This document shows positions 49,216-57,701 of a stretch of DNA of 57,701 bases, in pieces. Numbering within the stretch: the first letter of the stretch is position 1; every line of letters begins with the position of its first letter. Location of the stretch: contig NC_058130.1 of the NCBI RefSeq assembly GCF_016433145.1, forward strand, positions 5,052,134 through 5,109,834, written 5' to 3'. This DNA is from Gracilinanus agilis (Eukaryota). A program made the translations under genes and the position numbers. The notes beneath the pieces are model-generated. The model did not search any database, was not told the origin of the DNA, and saw nothing but the letters and a program-made list of their open reading frames with translations.

Positions 49216-50329
49216 TCCCATAAGATCCCTCCAGTAACTCTGTGCTGGAGGCACTGCGGATCTTAAAGTCTCCATCTTATAGGTGCCAAGACCGAGCGAG
49301 GTCTAGGTATGGGAGAGCTTCTTTTCCCTGATCAGATACAGGATTAGAACATGAATCTGAAAACATGCCGATTCAGATGGTCTTTTTTCCGGGCTAGATG
49401 TGAGTTGGAGGTTGTATTCAACTCTCTTTGTTTGTCAGGTACAGGTGGAAGTTTGTTTCCCACAAACAAATCTAGACTCTCACTGCAAAATTCCAGAGGA
49501 AAGGCTGCTTGTGGATCAGAGGAGACAGGAGAAACACCCAACTTGTATCTCAATTGGCAAAAGCCCATCTGCCTGAACATGTTTTCCCATTCGTGTTTAA
49601 TCCTGTCCCTGATGGGCAGCAGGTGGCTTCTGCTCACCTAGACTTCAGGTTGGCCCTCTGTATGATACAGTCCAGAGCCCTGCAGGGAGCAGGTCCGGAC
49701 TCAGTATTCATTGAAGGAAGGAATAAATGTACGTGTCTATCTGCAGAGATTAAGAACACAAAGTCCCTGTTTCTACGGGGCTAAATTTATGGTTTACAGA
49801 GTGATTTCCTCAGAACATCTCGATGGGGTAGACCAAGCAAGGAAATTTTTTCCCACTTTATAGAGAAGGAAACTGAGGTTCAGAGGGGTCACCTGCCCTG
49901 CGCAGGGTCACCTAGCCAGTAGGTGGGATTTCAATCCAGTTTTCCAGATTCTTGGTTGATTATCTGGTACTATTCTTGCTGCTAACACTTTCTCAGACTC
50001 CCAATGGCAGAGAAGCATCCTAGTGGGTGTATTCCAATGGATATCTCCTATTATGCTGGTGAAAATTAGCATCTTTGATGAAAGTCTTGTCTGCTGTAGG
50101 CTCCGGTTTCCTTCGTGAGGTCACCTGCAGACCCTGACCTCAGGTCCTGGGCTCATGAGTGTGGAAATTAAAGAACCCCAAGAGCACAGGCCTGGAGCCA
50201 GGAGGACTCCATAAAACGAGCATTTATGCAGGAGGATACTGAGTCCTTGAGAGACTGAAGGCTACACATCAGGTCCATAGCATCATGAAGATTAGAACTC
50301 AGGCCCTGGGCTTCCAAGGCTGGGGTTCT

Positions 50330-50580
50330 TTCCCACGTGGATCATGGCTAACTTTCTTGCTGAGGTTGTTGTGGAGTTGTCTCTGTGACCCCACTGGGGG
50401 TTTTCTTGGCAAAAGTACTGCACTGGTTTGCCATTTCCTTCAGAAGCCCATTTGACAGAAACTGGGGCAAAGAGTGACTTATCCAGGTTGACCTAGCTAG
50501 TGTCTGAGGCTGGATCTGAACTCAGGAAGAAGAGTCTTACTGCCTCTGGGTCTAGCTCTTTATCCACAATACCACCTAGC
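50330..50580 (-). mobile_element. MAR1 SINE
   Basis: TTTTCTTGGCAAAAGTACTGCACTGGTTTGCCATTTCCTTC. Confidence 0.7.
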
Positions 50581-50964
50581 TAATGAGATTTTCATAAAGT
50601 GCTTAACAGTGCCTGGCACATAGAAGGTGCTAAATATGTAAATGCTAATTATTAATATTAAATTGCCTTTAGGGCACTGTCTCATAAAAGGGCTACTTCT
50701 AACTGATGCCTCCTCCTTTCTGCCCACAAGACCTCCCAGCTTACTGGAATCAGGAAGACGTGAGTTCCAATCCTGTCTTAGGCAGGTCACTTACTTCATT
50801 TGCGGTGTCCACTTATCTTCTCTGTGTCTTGATTTACTCATCTCTAAAAACTGGGATAATAATAGCATCTACCTAATGATAGCTAACACTTATATAGCAT
50901 CTAATATGTGCTAGGAACCAGGCTAAGGATGTTACAGTTGTCTCTTTCCCTAATCCTGTCAGTT

Positions 50965-52680
50965 AGCCAATCAATGAACAATTATGAAGTGCCTACTATG
51001 TGCCAAGCACAGGTGCTAAGCACTGGGGATAAAAAAGGAGGCTGAAGACAGTCCCTGCCCTCAAGGAGCTCCCAGTCTAATGGGGGAGACAACACGCAAA
51101 GAACACAAAGAAAGCTTTCAGGATAGGATAAATAGACAACAATTAAATGGAGGGAACTGGTCAGCAGTAAAGGGGGGAAAGGTTCCCTGCAACAAGGCAG
51201 GATTTTACCTGGTACAGACTTGCCCATTTCTCAGATTGGTAACTATGGATGGTTGGCTCTGTCTGTCCTGTTTAATGCTGCATGAAGCTTTTTTGCTAGC
51301 AGCTCCTTTCTTTAAGGATCCAGGCAAGTCCTCTGTCTGGTCCCTGAACGCCTTTGAACCTCGCTGATCCTGAGCTCCTGGTCCAGGATCCGGGGCATCG
51401 TGTCCCAGGCGAGCTCGGTCAGTGCATGGAGGGCTCATCGCATACTCATACCCTGGCCAGGCCAGTTGACAACCGAGGAAGCTGTCCCGCTTCCTAGAAG
51501 GATAATGACAACAGCCATAATAGTGATAGTTGGCACTTACATAGTGTTTCAAGATTTATAAAGCGCTTTATAAATATTAACTCGTTTGATCCTCACCACA
51601 CCCCTGGGAGGTCAGTGCTACTATTCCCCCCATTTTGCAAGGGGGAAATGGAGGCAGACAGGATAAATGAGTTGCCCAAGATCATACAGCTAGTCTGTAT
51701 CGAGGCAATATTTGAATTTGGGTTTTCCCGTGTCTATACTGAGGATTCTTCCCATCACATCATCCAGCTGTCGATCAGAAAGAAAAGAGGAGGATTAGGG
51801 TTGGGGTGGAGAGGAAGGCACTTAGGAAATAATATCACCCCAGAAGAAATGCTGAAATGGAGAGTTTCAGCTGAAGCCAAGAAGGCTCCATGGAGAAGTA
51901 GGAGAACCATTTATAGGATGGCGACAGCAACAATATAAAGAAAGACAATAACGAAAGGCTTTAGAACTCTGGTCCAAGCAATGATCAACCCTGATGCCAG
52001 AGGAGTGAAGACTGAGACCCATAGTCTGGACAGGGCCAATATGGGAATTTGTTTGGAAAGACTATGCCTATTTATAAGGAGGATTTTTATTCTTATTGGT
52101 CTCTAGAGGGGGAAGATAGTAAGAGATGCACGCAAATAAATACAGCGAAAAAGGAGAAAAGGTCACTACACTGAGTGATCTCTCTGGAGAAAGAAGGTAG
52201 GGAAACATTGAGTAATGAAGTTGAGAGTGAGACAAAAGATTGCTGAAGAATGACTGAGAGAACGAGAAGTGTAAGCACCAATAACTTTATCAAAGAATTT
52301 AGCAGAGTGAAGGAGGAAAGATAGAAGATAATAGCCAGGGGTGTGGTTGGATGAAGTGGAGGGTTTTTTAAAGAATGGAGTGACTCAGGCCAGTTTGTAT
52401 CAGGAAAGAACTAGCCCACAGGGAAGGAGAGATGGAAGTTAAATGATAGGGTAGGGATGATAAAGGAGGCAAAAGTCTTAGAGAAAGTGGAATGGGATGG
52501 AATCACTTGTGCATGTGAGACAGTAGTGTAGAGGGGGATAGTGGTAGAGGGCATCTGAGAGATGCGAGATGAAGAGGAGGGCAGAATTTAGCAGCTAATT
52601 GCAGTTTTTTCAGTGATGTCCTCAGGGCAGTGAGTGGAATGGTGTGTACAGCTTGAGGAGAGATGAGAAGGTTTGGAAAA
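50965..52680 (-). mobile_element. L2 remnant (antisense) with a MIR inserted at about 51520-51750
   Basis: CAGTCCCTGCCCTCAAGGAGCTCCCAGTCTAATGGGGGAGAC and purine-rich L2 body. Confidence 0.6.
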
Positions 52681-52704
52681 GCCAAAGAAGAGAGTGGGAA
52701 AGGG

Positions 52705-52960
52705 GAAATTATTGTTCAATCCTTTTCAGTCATGTCTGACTCTTCATGACCCCATTTCAGGTTTTCTTGGCAAAAATACTGAAGAGGTTTGCCATTTCCT
52801 TCTTCAGTCTGTTTTTCGGGTAAGGAAAATGAGGCAAAGAGGATTAAGTGACTCGTCCATAGTTACATAGCTAGAAAGTGTTTGTGAACAGATTTGAACT
52901 CAGGAAAGTGAGTCTTCCTGACTCCCAGTCCAGCACTCTATCCACTCCACCACTTAGCTG
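52705..52960 (-). mobile_element. MAR1 SINE
   Basis: GTTGTTCAATCCTTTTCAGTCATGTCTGACTCTTCATGACCCC...TTTGCCATTTCCTTCTTCAG. Confidence 0.75.
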
Positions 52961-52989
52961 TCCAATGAATCAATTAGGGAGCCATAGAA

Positions 52990-53490
52990 TCATTACCTTG
53001 CTGCAGTGAGGGCCCACTTGAGATGCCAGAAGCCATATACTTGAAACAATATCTGAAAAAAAAAGGTCTCTTCTACAACATATCTGACACATGGAAATCT
53101 TGCCTTCGGTTGAAAACCAATCAACAATAAGGCAGCCTATTCTATACTTGGAGAGCCCTAGTTAGGAAATAGCATGAAGCCTCAATTCATCTCTCTGTAC
53201 CTTTTACTGTGACCCCTAGTTCTGTCCTCTGAGTGACACAGAACAGCCCTAATCCCTCTTCTACTATTGCTGCCCACACACTTTCGGATATTTAAAGCAC
53301 ACTCTCATTTTCCTTCTGATTCTTCTTTGCTTCAAGCTGAGCATCTTGTGTTTCTTCAACTGATTCTCTTCGGACATAGGCTCAAAGCCATTCGCCAACC
53401 TGATTTCCTTCCTTTGGATGCTTCTCAGCTTATTGTCATCCTTCCTAAACGGCTGCTTAGTACTGAACCCAAGACTCCAGATGAGGACTG
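52990..53490 (-). mobile_element. L3/CR1 fragment
   Basis: CCCCTAGTTCTGTCCTCTGAG...CAAGACTCCAGATGAGG. Confidence 0.6.
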
Positions 53491-54200
53491 ATGAAAGCAA
53501 AGGACAGCCTCATAGTCATTACCTCCTTAATTCTAGAAGCCAGCCCATCCCCCCTCTTAATGCAATCTAAGACCCCATAAGCTCTTGGGCAGACATCACA
53601 CTCCACTCACACTGAGCCCTGAAGCCTCTAATCTTCATCAGACAGCATTCGGCATACCCCACGCCCTCTTCCACCATTGAAGGTGATTTTCCAAAAACCA
53701 AGTACAAACATTGTCTGCTCCTCACCAAATTGCCTCGACTTGGCTTTGTACATTGTGGGTCTTTTGTGCGTGGGACATCCTTTTTACTTTTCTCCTTCAC
53801 CCTCCCTGGGTGGGAAAAGCCTAGACTTGAAGCACATAATCATTTCTTTAATTAACAACTGAACAAGTGGCACATTTCCTGGAAATCCAAGGTAGGGGTG
53901 GGATGGATCACTGAGGAGCCTAATCCCCCCTTTGAGAAGTCAGACAACTCTAAAGCAATGAACACAAGTCAAATCAGAATGGCTGATAAAGGATGGGGAT
54001 TGGTACAGCTCTGAAGTCTTGTGGCCTCAGCTAGCCGCTGTGCTAGAGGTAGAAACCATCTTTGGAAACATAGTGCTCTTGTCTTTTGCCCATCACACTT
54101 CTCTCCATTGGGAATTTCCATTAAGGAAAGTTACAATAAACCAAATCAGAATGTGAGGATAATAAATATATTTCCTTTTTTTTAGAAAATTCCTATTTCC

Positions 54201-54403
54201 AGGGGCAGCTGGATGGCTCAGTGGATGGAGAGCCAGGGCAAGAGATGGAAGGTCCCAGGTTCCTATCTGGCTTCAGACACTCCCTAGCTGTGTGACCCTG
54301 GGCAAGTCACTTAACCCCCATTGCCTAGCCCTTAGCACTCTTCTGCCTCAGAACCAGTACACAGTATTGATTCTAAATCAGAAGGTAAGGGTTTAAAACA
54401 AAT
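54201..54403 (+). mobile_element. Marsupial tRNA-derived SINE with 15-bp TSD
   Basis: GGGGCAGCTGGATGGCTCAGTGG head; TSD GAAAATTCCTATTTC at 54185-54199 and 54404-54418. Confidence 0.88.
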
Positions 54404-55559
54404 GAAAATTCCTATTTCTAGACCTAGCAAGGACCCTAGAGATGATGTAATCCAGCCTCTTCATTTCATAGAGTACAAACTGAGGTCCAGAGAAGGGAAG
54501 CCACTTAGCCAAGCCAGTTGGGAGCACAGCTTAGACTAGAACTTGTCTCCCAGTTCAATCCCATGTTCTTCCCACTATTTATCCCATATTCATTTTAAAA
54601 GGGGGCAGAACTCAAGCCCTAGAAAACAAGATTATACTTGTGGAGCTTTAAGCACCAGCAAAACACTTGGAAAAGGCTTTATTTAGGGGTAGACGAGGAG
54701 GAATGGGTCAGAAGGGCTCCTCTGCACTTTCGGAAATCACACCATGGAGGCAATGCCTAGTCCCCACACATTGACTCTACCTCTAACTCTGCATAGACTA
54801 AAACAATTTTCTTCGTGTTCCTGAGGTCCACGTGATCTCTAGGGAGTCGATATGATATTACAAATAAAGCTTTAGACCTAGAAGCAGGAAGACTTGCTTC
54901 CAAAGCCTGCCTTTACACTTTTTAGCTAGGTGACAATAAGCTAATTCTTTTAACCTCAGTTTCCCTCATCTATAAAATGGGGATAACGATCTCTTTAGCA
55001 TTTATCTGTCAGGGTTGTGTGAGGATTGAATGCCATGATGTGTGGAAAACACTCTAGGGAGGTCAGCTAGTTCTCTTATTATGTGCGGAGATGTGTGCTC
55101 GGACCTAAGTTGCCAAGAGAGTTCAGATGATAGAAGCCTCCTGTTCAACCGAACAGATGGTTGTCTTCTCTGTTCTTTGAACGCTGCCTGAACCTGAAGC
55201 CAGCAGAGGTTTTGTCTTCTGAGATGGAAGGGAGTTCATTCCAAATAAACATTTCATCTGGGGCTGAGGGTGCCAGATGAAGAGGCTCATTCCCCAGATA
55301 AGCTTTGGCAGCTGCTTCTCAGCATGGTCACAGCCCAAAGGACCATTTGGAGCCTTTCACAATGAGTTGGGTGCTTCAGGGTGGGGAGGACTAAAGCAGA
55401 GCTTCCCAGACTTTCCAAGGACAGTCCGTCCCCCCTTTTCATGCTGCCCATTTGCATTTTCTCCATGAACAGGAATTGATGAGACTGTCTGATGACTGAG
55501 AAAACATGAGGTGAAAAAAGCAATTCAGAATCCAGAAAGGCTTAAAAAAAAACCTTTTA

Positions 55560-56140
55560 TATTTTTTCCAGATTTCACATCGATACCATTTTTAATGCTT
55601 ATTTTTTTGACATTTCACAATCCATTTTCTCTCCTCCTCGAGATGGCATGTAATATGACATAGGTTTACATGTGTTATCAATCATGTGATACATCATGCT
55701 ATGAAAGAACTTACATCAGACAACAATTCCTGGAGGAAATAAAGTGAAGAAGAGTCTATTTCCATCTGTCAATTTGTCTATTCCTTCTATGTGACGGAGA
55801 GCCTTTTTCATCCTGAGTCCCTTGGACTTGTCCTGGATCCTGGCCTTGCTGATAATAGTTCAGTCATTTATGGTTGATCATCATACATTATTCCTGTTGG
55901 TGTACACTCTTCTCCTGGTTCTGCTCACTTCGCTTTGTATCACTTCATATAAGTCCTTCTAGGCTTTTTGGTGGTCATCTTGTTTGTCATTCCTTATGGC
56001 TCGATGGTATTCCATCATAATCATATACCACAATTTGTTCAGTCATTCCCCAATTGATGGACAGCCCTTCAGTTTCCAGTTCTTTGCCACCACAAAAAGC
56101 GCTGCTAGAAATATTTTTGTACAAACAGGACCTTGATTTT
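55560..56140 (-). mobile_element. L1 3' fragment
   Basis: CAATTTGTTCAGTCATTCCCCAATTGATGGACAGCCC...TTTGCCACCACAAAAAGCGCTGC. Confidence 0.8.
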
Positions 56141-56256
56141 ATAGGAACATTCCTCATGCTTGACAACAGTAGCCTTTGTACTCTACAGTCCAGTGGACCT
56201 GGGAGCTCATTAATACGGGCATTCATTCTGATAAGGCAGGGGACATGCTGCCCCAT

Positions 56257-56440
56257 TTTTTTTTAAACCCTTAACTTCTGTGTATTGGCTCCTAGGTGGA
56301 AGAGTGGTAAGGGTGGGCAATGGGGGTTAAGTGACTTGTCCAGGGTCACCCAGCTGGGAAGTGTCTGAGGCCGGATTTGAACCTAGGACCTCCTGTTTCT
56401 AGGCCTGACTCTCAACCCACTGAGCTACCCAGCTGCCCCC
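56257..56440 (-). mobile_element. Young SINE1_Mdo-like element
   Basis: Antisense head ...CTGAGCTACCCAGCTGCCCC; TSD ATGCTGC(C/T)CCAT at 56245-56256 and 56442-56453. Confidence 0.88.
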
Positions 56441-56969
56441 TATGCTGCTCCATCTTGTGGGATTCTTGTCCACGGCCTCAGAAAAATGCCCTACAGAAAA
56501 TCTAGACCCCTCCAAAAAACTTCCTCTTACTGCTAGGGATACCACGATCCTCAAAGTCACCAAGGCTCAGAACTGTTGTGACCTCTTTGACTTCTCACTT
56601 GCACTCACCCCACATAGTAAATCTGTTGCCAAATCTTGTCATTTCCACAATGACTCTTGCATAAGTCTCCTTTTTTTCCACTTCCACAGCCACTTCCCTA
56701 GTTTGAGCCCTTGTAAATGCTTGTGTGGCTCTACAAGAGCCTTCTAATTTCTCCTTATTCACTTTCCCTCCATGGATATACTCCTGACTTTCTGGACTTT
56801 AAAACCACATCTGTCTTGCAATCTCATCTTGGAAGTTCCCTCAGAGGCTGGAGTCTCCTTACTCTGGAACATCCAATTGTCTATGTGGCCTTCTCACTCC
56901 AGGATATTTCACTGCCATGTCTCACCATTTCTCTCATTAGTGAGTTCCTCTTGGGATCTCCATTTAAAA

Positions 56970-57174
56970 AAATTTTTTTTTAAACCCTGACTTTCCATCT
57001 TGGAGTCAATACTGTGTATTGGCTCCAAGGCAGAAGAGTGGTAAGGGCTAAGCAAGGGGGTGAAGTGACTTGCCAAGGGTCACACAGCTGGGAAGTGTCT
57101 GAGGCCAGATTTGAACCTAGGACCTCCTGTCTCTAGGCCTGGCTCTCAATCCACTGAGCTACCCAGCTGCCCCC
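56970..57174 (-). mobile_element. SINE1_Mdo-like element
   Basis: Antisense copy; TSD of about 20 bp, TCCTCTTGGGA(T/C)CTCCATTT, near 56946-56965 and 57175-57194. Confidence 0.88.
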
Positions 57175-57279
57175 TCCTCTTGGGACCTCCATTTTAAAAA
57201 TAGATCCAGGGCAGCAAACTTTCATTACCTCCTTGGTCATACTTCTAACTTTCCTGACTTCTAAGTCCTGTGCATGGGG

Positions 57280-57701
57280 AGGTAGAATCAAGACGATGGA
57301 GAAGGTAGATGGATCCATCTAATTTCTATCAAAATACCCTCCAAACAACTTTGACATAAATTATTTTGGTGACAGGAAAGATTTAAATGCAAACTCAGAA
57401 GAAGACAATTAAGTCAATTTAGCTGCATCCAAAGCCTCCAAGAAAAATAGGAATAGGCTTCAGGCCTCAAAGAATTACTGGAGAAACAAACAAAAAACAG
57501 TAAAAAAAAAGTAAAAATCAAATAAGAGAGGTAGAAGAAAAATTAGAAAAAAGATATGAGAATTATGCAGGAAAATAATGAGAAAAGAATTAACAGCTTG
57601 GTAAAAGAAGCACAAAAATACAGAAGAAAATAATACTTAAAAAAAAAAAAGAATAAGCCAATTGGTAAAAGAGGCAGAAAAATATACTGAAGAGAACTTT
57701 T
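57280..57701 (+). mobile_element. L1 5'/ORF1 remnant running off the window end
   Basis: AATTAACAGCTTGGTAAAAGAAGCACAAAAA closely resembles the ORF1 remnant at about 3500-3540. Confidence 0.7.

Overview
Eukaryotic (mammalian) genomic DNA, most likely a didelphid marsupial (opossum). This is inferred from young tRNA-derived SINE1_Mdo-like elements, MAR1/MIR CORE-SINEs, L2/L3 and marsupial-type L1 ends. Three conserved genes can be fully reconstructed from splice sites: MRPL32 (minus strand, 3 exons, 192 aa), PSMA2 (plus strand, 8 exons, 234 aa, head-to-head with MRPL32 across a 243-bp gap between start codons) and the C7orf25/UPF0415 homolog (plus strand, single coding exon, 421 aa, with a CpG-island promoter just downstream of the PSMA2 polyA signal). 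A fourth gene, which I cannot assign to a family, lies on the minus strand at about 37.0-39.3 kb. It has a TATA box, a signal-peptide exon, an in-phase acidic Ser/Thr/Glu/Pro-rich mucin-like exon and candidate terminal exons with AATAAA, giving a predicted secreted protein of about 160 aa. The region from about 5.9 to 39.5 kb is very GC/CpG-rich; the rest is AT-richer and dominated by repeats. Most long ORFs in the supplied track are GC-content artefacts or repeat remnants. Repeat family names and boundaries come from recall of consensus sequences and are approximate. There is a 140-N assembly gap in PSMA2 intron 1.
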